Positions 1-8,381 of a DNA stretch of 64,000 bases are shown one piece after another. Every line of letters begins with the position of its first letter. The stretch's first letter is position 1. Under the pieces are notes generated by a model. That model was not told where the DNA came from and searched no databases. It worked only from the letters and a program-made list of their open reading frames with translations. The DNA comes from a virus, in IMG/VR virus record IMGVR_UViG_3300033552_000002, positions 1-64,000 of that record; one strand, given 5' to 3'. A program made the translations under genes and the position numbers.

Positions 1-1494
1 ATAAGACAACAAACTGTATATGACACTTGGACAAATACAGACAGTAACATTCTAATTCAAGCAGTAGCAGGTGGAGCTAAGACAACTACATTAATGGGAA
101 TCTTAGCTTTATGTGAATACAGAACTTTGTTTTTGGCCTTTAATAAATCTATTCAAGAAGAAATTGATGGCAGAATACAAAATGACCCTAGTTTAAAGCA
201 TGCTAAGTCTATGACTTTACATTCATTAGGCTTATCAGCTATTAAGTATAAGTATGGTAAATGTACTTTAAACAAAAGTAAAAACTATCTTATAATTAAG
301 CAACTACAAACCTATAATAGAAGATTATTTGCTGATATGTCTTGGGAGGAAAAAGCTAAAACTACACTTACTTTAATGGAAATGAATGATGTCAGTAGAA
401 TATATCTTACTCAAGATATTACTGAAATCACTATTTTTATGACAAGTATGGATAAGATGTTTTATTTGCATGAAAGAATGCAAGATTTATGGGAAGAATT
501 TTTATCTATTAGAGAGCAATATACTCAAGAATTGATTATAGATTATATTGATATGATTTATCTTCCAGTAAGCCAGGATTTGTTTATTCCAATTCAACCT
601 TATTATCTTATGATTGATGAAGCACAGGATTTAAATCTTGTTCAACATAAATTAATAGATAATCTTCTAGATCAGGGAGATATTAAGAAATGGGTAGCAG
701 TTGGAGATAGAAGACAATCTATTTATGGTTTTAGTGGTAGTCATGCAGGTTCCTTTGATATTTTTAAAGGCAAGGAAAATGTATATGAATTACCTCTTGA
801 TGTTTGCTATAGATGTCCTCAGCTTATCATAGATGAAGCCAATTTGATTTATGATGTCATAGAACCTTTTAAAAGTTATGATGGTTTAGTGGAGACTATT
901 ACAGATTTCAAACTTATTAAAGATTCTTCTATGGTTATTTGTAGAAATTCTGGACCTTTATTAGATTTATATTTCCAACTTTTAGGACAGAATAAAAAAG
1001 TTTTTATTAAAGGAGAAGATATTTTAAATAGTGTAATCAGGTTTCTTAGACCTTATCAATACAAAACTGTAAAACAAACTCTTCAAAAAATTAATTTTGA
1101 GATACTGGAAATCAGTGAAGTAGAAAATAAATCTGATGACTTAAGATTTAAGTTATATAAATTAAAGGATAACCTTAAAAATTTTATACTTTTGTCTAAA
1201 CATTATTGTAAGCCTACAGATAAAGTTGAAATCATCATTGCAGAGTTGGATAACATGTTTAAAAACATAGATGATACTTCAGCAATTACACTTTGTACTA
1301 TTCATAAATCTAAAGGTTTGGAAGCTGATGTAGTCTATATTCTTAATGAATTTCTTATTCCATCTAAATTTGCTAAATCTCCAGTTCAATTGGAACAGGA
1401 AACAAACCTCAAATATGTAGCTAGAACTAGAGCAAAAGAAGAATTGTATTATTTAAACATAACAGGAAAAACAGATGAATCCGAAGAAATTTAA
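1..1494 (+). CDS. UvrD/Rep-like superfamily 1 DNA helicase (5' end outside window)
   Basis: The frame is open from nt 1 (..ILIQAVAGGAKTTTLMG, Walker A-like). It contains LMIDEAQDLN (motif II DEAQD), VGDRRQSIYGFSG (motif III), TIHKSKGLEADVVY (motif V) and YVARTRAKEELY (motif VI). Confidence 0.85.
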   Translation: MRQQTVYDTWTNTDSNILIQAVAGGAKTTTLMGILALCEYRTLFLAFNKSIQEEIDGRIQNDPSLKHAKSMTLHSLGLSAIKYKYGKCTLNKSKNYLIIKQLQTYNRRLFADMSWEEKAKTTLTLMEMNDVSRIYLTQDITEITIFMTSMDKMFYLHERMQDLWEEFLSIREQYTQELIIDYIDMIYLPVSQDLFIPIQPYYLMIDEAQDLNLVQHKLIDNLLDQGDIKKWVAVGDRRQSIYGFSGSHAGSFDIFKGKENVYELPLDVCYRCPQLIIDEANLIYDVIEPFKSYDGLVETITDFKLIKDSSMVICRNSGPLLDLYFQLLGQNKKVFIKGEDILNSVIRFLRPYQYKTVKQTLQKINFEILEISEVENKSDDLRFKLYKLKDNLKNFILLSKHYCKPTDKVEIIIAELDNMFKNIDDTSAITLCTIHKSKGLEADVVYILNEFLIPSKFAKSPVQLEQETNLKYVARTRAKEELYYLNITGKTDESEEI

Positions 1495-1945
1495 ATTACC
1501 TAAAGAATTTGCTGAAAAGTGGATTAAAGCTTTAGAAAGTGGAGAGTATATACAAGGAAATGGTTATCTTGCTAGTATAGATGAAGATTTGGAAAACAGT
1601 AGTCTCTCAGTATGTTCACATTGTTGCTTAGGTGTTGCTGCGGAAACAGTGGGAAATACTAGAGAAAGTTTACTTGAAGTTGAATATTTATATGAAAGAA
1701 AACATTATTCAGGTATACCTGAAGAATTACTTTCTCCTAATAATAGTTGTAATGCTAATAATAGTTTAGTTTTTATACTTGCACACTTAAATGATGGTAT
1801 GGGTAAGGATACTTTTATACAGTTCAAAAATTATAATTACAATTACAGAACTGATATAAAACAACATTTTGGAGCTAACAACTGTCTTAGATATGATTTT
1901 AATCAGATAATAGAGTTTATTAAGGATAATGTAGAATTTTATTAA
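1475..1945 (+). CDS. hypothetical protein (156 aa)
   Basis: Long ORF tightly packed in the plus-strand operon, overlapping the helicase stop by 20 nt. No recognisable motif apart from a CSHCC cluster. Confidence 0.55.
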   Translation: MNPKKFKLPKEFAEKWIKALESGEYIQGNGYLASIDEDLENSSLSVCSHCCLGVAAETVGNTRESLLEVEYLYERKHYSGIPEELLSPNNSCNANNSLVFILAHLNDGMGKDTFIQFKNYNYNYRTDIKQHFGANNCLRYDFNQIIEFIKDNVEFY

Positions 1946-1946
1946 T

Positions 1947-2441
1947 ATGCAGAACAAGAAACTAGTAATATCCATGCCTTTACTTACACATGTAGCTTGT
2001 ACTAATAACAAGACAGCTAAAAACAAATATTGGAAAATTAATAACCAAGCTATTTATAATGGTGCAGTTAATAAATTTCAAAGAGCTATCATAGTAGAAA
2101 ATATGCATCATTTTATGATAAACAGTTTTGACAGTGTTATATTTGATTTGAAGCTTGAAAAGGTATTTAGTATACATTATGTGTTTAATACAGTAAAGAA
2201 TCATGGGTCTATTACTAGGAGACTAGGTAAAACTTCCTGGAAACCTGTAGCAGAAAATTATAAATCTAATTGGGATTTAAATAATATTTCTGATATATGG
2301 ATTAAGACAGGAAATGATGCCTTAGTATTGGCAGGAGTTTTAGTTGATGACAATACAGATGTCATAGATAAGACTATGTATCAAATGGTTGTAGTTGATC
2401 ATATAGATGATTTAGAATTAGAAATTATAATAACATATTAA
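1947..2441 (+). CDS. RusA-like Holliday junction resolvase (divergent)
   Basis: WDLNNISDIWIKTGNDALVLAGVLVDDNTDVI resembles the RusA core DLDNLxKxxxDALxxAGxxxDDxxV. The second catalytic Asp position is Asn, so activity is uncertain. Confidence 0.4.
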   Translation: MQNKKLVISMPLLTHVACTNNKTAKNKYWKINNQAIYNGAVNKFQRAIIVENMHHFMINSFDSVIFDLKLEKVFSIHYVFNTVKNHGSITRRLGKTSWKPVAENYKSNWDLNNISDIWIKTGNDALVLAGVLVDDNTDVIDKTMYQMVVVDHIDDLELEIIITY

Positions 2442-2636
2442 ATGGAAATAACTGCAAAAGAAAAAATTGAAGGTTTTAGACTATTACTAAAAGTAATAGA
2501 AGAAGGTGTTAAAGACCTTCATAAAGATGGTATTCAACTAGTTTTTACTATAGCTAGTGAACATAAAACTGTTGAGGTAAAATCTAATAACATTTTTGAA
2601 ATTCAAGTAAAAGCAACAATTAATCAAGAAATATAA
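2442..2636 (+). CDS. hypothetical small protein (64 aa)
   Basis: ORF that exactly fills the gap between its neighbours (start is adjacent to the upstream stop, and its stop overlaps the next ATG). Confidence 0.5.
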   Translation: MEITAKEKIEGFRLLLKVIEEGVKDLHKDGIQLVFTIASEHKTVEVKSNNIFEIQVKATINQEI

Positions 2637-3493
2637 TGGCAAAAATTGAAATGGATGTTACAGAGTATGATGCTCTGAGAAAAAACATTGCTCTATTAGA
2701 GGAATCTAAGAAAGAAACAGCTAAATTAACTAAGCAAATTGATCTTTTAAAAGAAGAAAAGCTTGAAGTATTTAGAAATATGCAAATGAAAGTAGTCAAG
2801 CACACTACTATTGAAAATATTAGTAGAACAGTTAGAACAAGAAATACTTTAGAATTTGACAATTTCGTTAAAAGTCTTGTACGAGGCATAGTTAGTAGAA
2901 TGTTTGGAAATAATTATGAAAATAATCGAGAAAGAAGGTATCGTGATGATTCAAGATCAATGAACAATTTTGATTATCATCCTCAAGATATGTTTGGACC
3001 CTCAATGAATCATTCTTCTGCTACAGAATTTGTTGAATATGAATTATCTTCATTTTTAGGTACACTCATTACAACTACTTCAGTTAAAAACAGTGAACCT
3101 GTTTATGTTGGTTTAGAGCAAGTTCAAGCTGAACTTTATACTAGATTAGTTTCTAGTCAAACTTCTAAAATTAAAGATTTATTAGCTCTTGAACCTGCTT
3201 ATAATGATTTCACTAACAAGAAAGCTGAATTAGAAGGTATGACTAATACTCTTTTAAAAGAAAAATTAGAACTAGGTACTAAATTAGTTTCAACTAATGA
3301 AACTAATGTAAAGTTAAAAGAGCAAAATCAAAAATTTATTGAAATACAACTTTTGTATGAAAATAGTTTAACTGATATGGTTGGACAATTTCAGAGTAAA
3401 TTTTATATGTTTCCAAGAAACTTAAAGAAAGATATAACACAGTATTTAGGAGACTTAAACATTGAGGTTAATGAACTTGCTGAAAAGAAATAA
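2636..3493 (+). CDS. hypothetical coiled-coil protein (285 aa)
   Basis: Long ORF with heptad-like Lys/Glu/Leu-rich N- and C-terminal segments. No catalytic motif seen. Confidence 0.55.
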   Translation: MAKIEMDVTEYDALRKNIALLEESKKETAKLTKQIDLLKEEKLEVFRNMQMKVVKHTTIENISRTVRTRNTLEFDNFVKSLVRGIVSRMFGNNYENNRERRYRDDSRSMNNFDYHPQDMFGPSMNHSSATEFVEYELSSFLGTLITTTSVKNSEPVYVGLEQVQAELYTRLVSSQTSKIKDLLALEPAYNDFTNKKAELEGMTNTLLKEKLELGTKLVSTNETNVKLKEQNQKFIEIQLLYENSLTDMVGQFQSKFYMFPRNLKKDITQYLGDLNIEVNELAEKK

Positions 3494-3495
3494 TT

Positions 3496-4548
3496 ATGAT
3501 AAAAGCAGAAATTGTTGCCCATTCAGTATCTCCACAAGGAGAAGAGCTTATTAGTGTATTAGCCACTTTCCCTAGAATTATTCTAGCTGAAGTTAATACA
3601 CATAGAATGTTAAGTAAGAATACTTCATCTAGTAGAGCTATCCCATTTCTTAAAATGGTAGAAACTATTGAGAATAATCCTTTTATACCTATAGCTTGGC
3701 AAAAAGATCATAAAGGTATGCAGGGAACTGAATACTTCACTGATGTTAAAGATGTTATCCTTAGACAAAGCCAATGGTTAAATGCTAGAACAAAAGCTGT
3801 TGTATCTGCTAAAGCATTAAATGAGTCTCAAGTAACTAAACAGCTTACTAATAGACTTCTTGAACCTTTTATGTGGACTACTATGCTTATTACAGGTAGT
3901 AAATCAGGTTGGGATAATTTCTTTAGATTAAGATGCCCTAGTTATGAATATAGTGCTGCTATATTTAAAAGTAGAAAAGATTTAACTAAAACTACAGTAC
4001 ATGCTGAAAATTTTACAAATCTAGACTGGCTTAAAATGAATAAAGGTCAAGCTGAGATTCATATTATGGATTTAGCTGAAAAGATTTGGGATGCAAGAAA
4101 TGAATCTACTCCTAAACAATTAAAAGCTGGAGAATGGCATATTCCTTTTGAAGATAAAATAACTAGATTTTCTACTTTACCTTTAAATGAGACTACTAGT
4201 TTATCAGAATTGGAAACTAATATTTTACACAATAAAATATTTATTTCTGTAGCAATGGGAGCCAGAACTTCTTATACTACTGTAGGAGAAGAGAAAGAAA
4301 TTAATCCTGAAACTCTAATGGGTTTACATGATAGACTTCTTACTTGGGACCCACCTCATAGCAGTCCATTTGAACATTGTGCTAGAGCTATGGATAATGA
4401 TGAATTTACTTCCTTTATAAGAGGTGATATTTATGCTTTAAATGAAAAAACTCCTCAAGAAGTTTATTCACCTGTTTTAGGATGGTGTTATAATCTTAAA
4501 GGTTTCATTCCTTACAGATATTTAGTAGATAATTCATTAACTTTGTAA
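3496..4548 (+). CDS. thyX: ThyX-like flavin-dependent thymidylate synthase family protein (rearranged)
   Basis: ATFPRIILAEVNTHRMLSKNTSSSRA matches the ThyX signature (R)HRxxSxxxxSxR. NRLLEPFMWTTMLITGSKSGWDNFFRLR...QAEIHIMDLAEKI matches the ThyX R..LP...T....NF..LR...AQ.EI segment. The ARTSY...HSSPFEH segment, which is N-terminal in canonical ThyX, lies near the C-terminus here. Confidence 0.65.
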   Translation: MIKAEIVAHSVSPQGEELISVLATFPRIILAEVNTHRMLSKNTSSSRAIPFLKMVETIENNPFIPIAWQKDHKGMQGTEYFTDVKDVILRQSQWLNARTKAVVSAKALNESQVTKQLTNRLLEPFMWTTMLITGSKSGWDNFFRLRCPSYEYSAAIFKSRKDLTKTTVHAENFTNLDWLKMNKGQAEIHIMDLAEKIWDARNESTPKQLKAGEWHIPFEDKITRFSTLPLNETTSLSELETNILHNKIFISVAMGARTSYTTVGEEKEINPETLMGLHDRLLTWDPPHSSPFEHCARAMDNDEFTSFIRGDIYALNEKTPQEVYSPVLGWCYNLKGFIPYRYLVDNSLTL

Positions 4549-4567
4549 AAACAAAAAAAATACAATT

Positions 4568-4885
4568 ATGAAAGTATTAGGTACAATGGTTCTTATAGAA
4601 CAAACAATGACAAAGAAAGTGTCACCAATTATTAGAGCAGGTGGTAAAAAACAAGAATCTTTTGATACTAAATTTAAAGTTCTTCAAGTAGGAGCTAAAT
4701 GCCCTAAAGACGGAGCTGAAGACTATGAAGGTATTGAAGTAGGTGTTTCACCTATATTTTCTACTCATGTAACATTTCATGGCGCTAAGCCAATAGGAGA
4801 AGTTAAAAGTCCAAATGGTACAGAAGTTATTTCAGCTGTAATACACACTATGGTAGACTATGGTGATATTATTGCTATAGAGTAA
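4568..4885 (+). CDS. GroES/Cpn10-like co-chaperonin (possible)
   Basis: About 100 aa. MKVLGTMVLIE.., FKVLQVGAK, IEVGVSPIF and the C-terminal GDIIAIE parallel GroES R.L.DRVLV., VLAVG.G, VKVGD.V.F and SDILAIVE. Confidence 0.4.
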   Translation: MKVLGTMVLIEQTMTKKVSPIIRAGGKKQESFDTKFKVLQVGAKCPKDGAEDYEGIEVGVSPIFSTHVTFHGAKPIGEVKSPNGTEVISAVIHTMVDYGDIIAIE

Positions 4886-5034
4886 TGAAAAAACCTAGAT
4901 ACTTATTAAAAACAGATGGACAGGGGGATATTATAAGTGTCCCCAATCCAGACTGTTATGATAATAATGGAAGTTTTATTAAAGTGAGAAAAAAGAATAC
5001 TCATTTAATTCTTAAAAAGAAAAAAAGAAAATAA
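4885..5034 (+). CDS. small basic protein, 49 aa (absent from the ORF track)
   Basis: ATG overlaps the upstream TAA (TAATG) and its TAA overlaps the MazG ATG (TAATG), so it exactly bridges the only gap in this operon. Translation: MKKPRYLLKTDGQGDIISVPNPDCYDNNGSFIKVRKKNTHLILKKKKRK. Confidence 0.5.
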   Translation: MKKPRYLLKTDGQGDIISVPNPDCYDNNGSFIKVRKKNTHLILKKKKRK

Positions 5035-5600
5035 TGGAAAAAATTAAAACAGTTGAAGAATATCAACAATTAGCAAGTAGGACTTGTGTAGATTTAGGTT
5101 CAGAGGTGTTAAATCTTAGGCACATGCAAATGGGAGTAATTACTGAAGTTGGAGAAACTTTAGATGTAATTAAGAAATTTGTAGCTTATGGTAAACCTCT
5201 TGATATTGTTAATATTGGAGAAGAGATTGCTGATATTCTTTGGTACAAAGCTAATGAAGCTACAATGGCAGGTATCATTTGGAAACAAGAAAAATTTGAA
5301 ATACTTTCTGGTGAATTAGATGCTTTCATGCTTAAAGAAGACGGTATACCTATTTCAGAAGAAGTTGTAGATTCTTTTATAGTGTCTGTTCTTCCCTTTA
5401 GTTATGGTGAAAATGAAGCTGAAATGAGTTTAAAGGATGTAGTAACTCTTAATGTGGTTTGTAATTTTTATGGTCTTGATTTGTTCCAAATCCTTACTAA
5501 TAACATCAATAAGTTAAAGGTAAGATACCCTGAAAAATTCACTAATGAAGCAGCTCTCAATAGAGACTTAGTTGCTGAAAGAACAGAATTAGAGAAATAA
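5034..5600 (+). CDS. mazG: MazG-like nucleoside triphosphate pyrophosphohydrolase
   Basis: YQQLASRT..., GVITEVGETLDVIKK and EEIADILWY form the all-alpha MazG ExxE...ExxD metal-binding pattern. Confidence 0.7.
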   Translation: MEKIKTVEEYQQLASRTCVDLGSEVLNLRHMQMGVITEVGETLDVIKKFVAYGKPLDIVNIGEEIADILWYKANEATMAGIIWKQEKFEILSGELDAFMLKEDGIPISEEVVDSFIVSVLPFSYGENEAEMSLKDVVTLNVVCNFYGLDLFQILTNNINKLKVRYPEKFTNEAALNRDLVAERTELEK

Positions 5601-5605
5601 ACTTT

Positions 5606-5645
5606 AAAATAGCGAAAGTCTTATTGATTTTCGCTATTTTTTTTT
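5606..5645 (+). terminator. rho-independent terminator after mazG
   Basis: Stem AAAATAGCGAAA / TTTCGCTATTTT (core AGCGAAA 5611-5617 with TTTCGCT 5629-5635) followed by a run of about 10 T. Confidence 0.7.
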
Positions 5646-5657
5646 AATTAAAATAAA

Positions 5658-5909
5658 ATGAAAAAACTTATATTAATTTTAATAGTATCTTTGTTATCAC
5701 TTTCATGTGTAAAAGATGCTCAAAGTACTGCAGCTGTAGGTCAATTTAAGAATGAATTTCTTTTTGAAATTGAAGGTTGTAAAATGTACAGGTTTCAAGA
5801 TGGTAGTAGATATATTTACTGGTCAGATTGTAGAGGTAAAGTAAATTATGATTATACTACTGGAGGAAAGCATGTACAAACTGTAAGAGGAGAAACTATT
5901 AATAATTAA
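5658..5909 (+). CDS. small lipoprotein (83 aa)
   Basis: MKKLILILIVSLLSLSC is a signal peptide with a lipobox Cys at residue 17. Confidence 0.7.
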   Translation: MKKLILILIVSLLSLSCVKDAQSTAAVGQFKNEFLFEIEGCKMYRFQDGSRYIYWSDCRGKVNYDYTTGGKHVQTVRGETINN

Positions 5910-5920
5910 ATAATAAAACT

Positions 5921-6682
5921 ATGTCTAGACTAACTAATTTTTGGGTTAAATTCAGAGAATTTGATTTCAACAGAGTAATTATAATTTTAAGTGTTGTTAT
6001 ACTTGTACTTGCTTTGTACAGTAATTACTTAAGAGGTAAAGAAATTGAAGTAGCTGGTAAACTTAATACTTCTCTTAATGATACTATTATCTTTTGGAAA
6101 ACTAGAGAAGGTCATCATAAGGCTAAAATTTCAGTCTTGGAATCTAGAAACACTCGTGATTTTGTGAAATTAAGTACAAAAGATACTACCATTAATAAAT
6201 TGCAAAAACTTGTAAAAGAAAATGAAAAGTATCTTAAGAAACAAGGTAGTGTAAGCATAATTGAAATGGAAACTAAGCTAGACACTGTAATTAAATCAAT
6301 TGTTAATAATAACATCAAATTAGAACCTAGTGGAGATTCTCCTATATACACAGCTCCAATTAAAATGGGTAAGTGGATTAATGGTGAAACTGTTGCTAGT
6401 AGAGATAGTACTCACATTAGAATTTCTTTTAAAAATGAAATACAGAGTATTATTGGAACAGAAAAAACAGGTTTTCTAGGTTTAGGTAAAAGAAAAACTT
6501 TTACTGAAACTACTTTACTTAATCCTTTTAGTGAAGTTAAAACAATTAGAACATATCAAAAACAATCTGCCCCAACTAAAAAAATACATATAGGACCTAC
6601 TTTAATGTATGGTATAGGTCAAAATGTTCAACCTGGAGTCTATATAGGTATTGGAGCTACTTGGGGAGTAATAAATTTTTAA
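5921..6682 (+). CDS. N-terminally membrane-anchored protein (253 aa)
   Basis: One hydrophobic helix (VIIILSVVILVLALY) after a charged N-terminus, then a coiled-coil-like segment. The C-terminal beta-like stretch ends in Phe (VYIGIGATWGVINF). Confidence 0.55.
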   Translation: MSRLTNFWVKFREFDFNRVIIILSVVILVLALYSNYLRGKEIEVAGKLNTSLNDTIIFWKTREGHHKAKISVLESRNTRDFVKLSTKDTTINKLQKLVKENEKYLKKQGSVSIIEMETKLDTVIKSIVNNNIKLEPSGDSPIYTAPIKMGKWINGETVASRDSTHIRISFKNEIQSIIGTEKTGFLGLGKRKTFTETTLLNPFSEVKTIRTYQKQSAPTKKIHIGPTLMYGIGQNVQPGVYIGIGATWGVINF

Positions 6683-6683
6683 A

Positions 6684-7016
6684 ATGAAAACAAGAATAAG
6701 TGAAAATTTTGAAAAAGTATTAGTTACTTTTTCTAAACAAGATACTACTGGAATTTGTACTGCAATAGATAAAACTAGAATGTCTCAAGAAGAAAGAGAA
6801 GAAATTTTTATTTTTTTTAGAAAGAATAAGCCAACTAAATCTTTACATAAAGAATTTTATGTAAATGACATATATACTGGCAATGCATTTTGGTGGCATT
6901 TATATGGTACAGACAGTAATTACCAAAGAGCTATGTTTTTAAAGAAAATGATTTTAATTTCTAATGTAATTCCTTGGTATAAATATCCTTTAATATGGCT
7001 GAAACAAATGGTATAA
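6684..7016 (+). CDS. hypothetical protein (110 aa)
   Basis: ORF packed directly after the previous stop. No motif recognised. Confidence 0.45.
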   Translation: MKTRISENFEKVLVTFSKQDTTGICTAIDKTRMSQEEREEIFIFFRKNKPTKSLHKEFYVNDIYTGNAFWWHLYGTDSNYQRAMFLKKMILISNVIPWYKYPLIWLKQMV

Positions 7017-7204
7017 TCTGGGACTGGAGCTGTAAAGATTCTACTAATATTCTATTTATATACAGAAAACGTGCAAGGACAGAAATAGAAATTGACATGA
7101 GATGCTATACAGCTGGAAGTGAAAGAATTGGAAGTATTTTTTTATTCAGAAAAGAAAGAGAAGTTTTAACTAAATTAAAAAATATGATGGTTAATGGAAA
7201 TTAA
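6995..7204 (+). CDS. hypothetical protein (69 aa)
   Basis: Short ORF overlapping both neighbours in the operon. Weak support. Confidence 0.3.
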   Translation: MAETNGIIWDWSCKDSTNILFIYRKRARTEIEIDMRCYTAGSERIGSIFLFRKEREVLTKLKNMMVNGN

Positions 7205-8045
7205 AAGTCAAATTACTAAAACTCTAGTAACTAGAGATAATACAAGAAGTAGTGATGCTATTTCACCTAATTTTATTTATGGTTGCTTAGGAGGTTGTAT
7301 GCAATCATACTGCTATGTAGGGAGGTTTAACAGAGACAAAGTTTATATTAATACAAATGTGGAGGCTGTTCTTAATTCTATCAATAAATGGTCAGAAAAT
7401 AAAGTTTTTCCTAAAACACCTAATCAAGTAGATGATACTTACTATTGTATAGATATAGGTTGTAGTACAGATGTAGCTTTACATGAAAAATACTATGATT
7501 GGCAAAAAGTGTTTGATTTCTTTAATGAACATCCTAAACTAAAATCTACATTTGCTACTAAATATCCAACTAAATTCAAGCTTGAAAAGTTTAATCTAGT
7601 TAAAGATAAGCATAGAATAAGAGTTAGCTTGATGCCACAAGTAATTTCTGATGTACTTGAACCTAATACAGATAAGATAATAGATAGAATAAATATGATA
7701 CCTATTTTACAAGATAAAATGGAAGTTCATATAAATTTTAGTCCTATTATTTATTATGATAACTGGCTTCAAGATTATAGAGAACTTTTTAGCCTACTAA
7801 AAGAGAAAAATATTGTTGTAAAATGTGAATGTATTTTCTTAACCTATAATAAGAATCAAGCTGTATTGAATTCTGCTGAGATAAACAAATTACTTTGGAG
7901 ACCTGAAATACAAGAAGATAAAAATTCACAATATGCTGCTGATAACATTAGATACCAATGGCAATTAAAGAATACTATGATTCAACAATTTAAGGTATTG
8001 TACTCTCAATATTTTGCTTTAGAAAATATTAGGTATATTTTTTAG
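7194..8045 (+). CDS. radical-SAM / SplB (DNA photolyase)-like protein, atypical Cys spacing
   Basis: The N-terminal YGCLGGCMQSYCYVGRF resembles the COG1533/SplB GCxxGCxYCYA cluster. The spacing is CX3CX4C rather than the canonical CX3CX2C. Confidence 0.35.
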   Translation: MEIKSQITKTLVTRDNTRSSDAISPNFIYGCLGGCMQSYCYVGRFNRDKVYINTNVEAVLNSINKWSENKVFPKTPNQVDDTYYCIDIGCSTDVALHEKYYDWQKVFDFFNEHPKLKSTFATKYPTKFKLEKFNLVKDKHRIRVSLMPQVISDVLEPNTDKIIDRINMIPILQDKMEVHINFSPIIYYDNWLQDYRELFSLLKEKNIVVKCECIFLTYNKNQAVLNSAEINKLLWRPEIQEDKNSQYAADNIRYQWQLKNTMIQQFKVLYSQYFALENIRYIF

Positions 8046-8053
8046 TAAATAAC

Positions 8054-8083
8054 TTGGCAGATTGAAAACTTTTTATATATTTG
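8054..8083 (+). promoter_or_regulatory. Bacteroidota-type promoter (TTG-N19-TATATTTG)
   Basis: TATATTTG (8076-8083) fits the TAnnTTTG -7 consensus, with TTG at 8054-8056. The ATG at 8088 lies 4 nt after the box, which implies a leaderless mRNA. Confidence 0.5.
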
Positions 8084-8087
8084 CACT

Positions 8088-8156
8088 ATGAAAACACAAA
8101 ATCAATATGAACATTTCTTTAATTATTCTAGTAATAGGACAAGGATTGGCATATAA
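8088..8156 (+). CDS. 22-codon leader peptide ORF (MKTQNQYEHFFNYSSNRTRIGI)
   Basis: ATG..TAA ORF lying between the promoter-like box and the hairpin terminator. Codons 8103-8120 are CAA TAT GAA CAT TTC TTT (Q Y E H F F), matching the five downstream tRNA specificities. Confidence 0.45.
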   Translation: MKTQNQYEHFFNYSSNRTRIGI

Positions 8157-8182
8157 ATATATAACGTAAGTTAAATTTAATC

Positions 8183-8213
8183 AAATCCTTCCTAACAGAA
8201 GGATTTTTTATTT
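8183..8213 (+). terminator. intrinsic terminator / attenuator hairpin immediately upstream of tRNA-Glu
   Basis: AAATCCTTC (8183-8191), loop CTAACA, GAAGGATTT (8198-8206), then TTTATTT. The alternative pairing partner GGacAAGGATT lies at 8137-8147. Confidence 0.7.
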
Positions 8214-8215
8214 CT

Positions 8216-8290
8216 GCTGCTTTAGTATAATTGGAATAGTACACAGGACTTTCACTCCTGCAGATGCGGGTTCGATTCCCGTAGGCAGTA
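8216..8290 (+). tRNA. tRNA-Glu (anticodon UUC)
   Basis: Hand-folded cloverleaf. Acceptor GCTGCTT/AGGCAGT (2 G-U pairs); anticodon arm CAGGA-CTTTCAC-TCCTG; T arm GCGGG-TTCGATT-CCCGT. Confidence 0.8.
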
Positions 8291-8298
8291 CAAAATTT

Positions 8299-8381
8299 GG
8301 GTAAGTATGCAAGTGGTTAAAGCTGGTGGTCTGTAACACCATCCTCATTAGAGTTCATAGGTTCAAATCCTATCTTGCCCA
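8299..8381 (+). tRNA. tRNA-Tyr (anticodon GUA), long variable arm
   Basis: Acceptor GGGTAAG/CTTGCCC; anticodon arm GTGGT-CTGTAAC-ACCAT; 14-nt variable arm (CTC-ATTA-GAG); T arm ATAGG-TTCAAAT-CCTAT. The D stem is weak. Confidence 0.75.

Noticed and set aside
1787-2204. Minus-strand ORFs of 79 aa and 74 aa lie opposite the plus-strand genes at 1.5-2.4 kb.
   Set aside because: They are antisense to well-packed plus-strand genes and are Ile/Phe/Lys/Tyr-rich, as expected from AT-rich antisense sequence. No signals support them.
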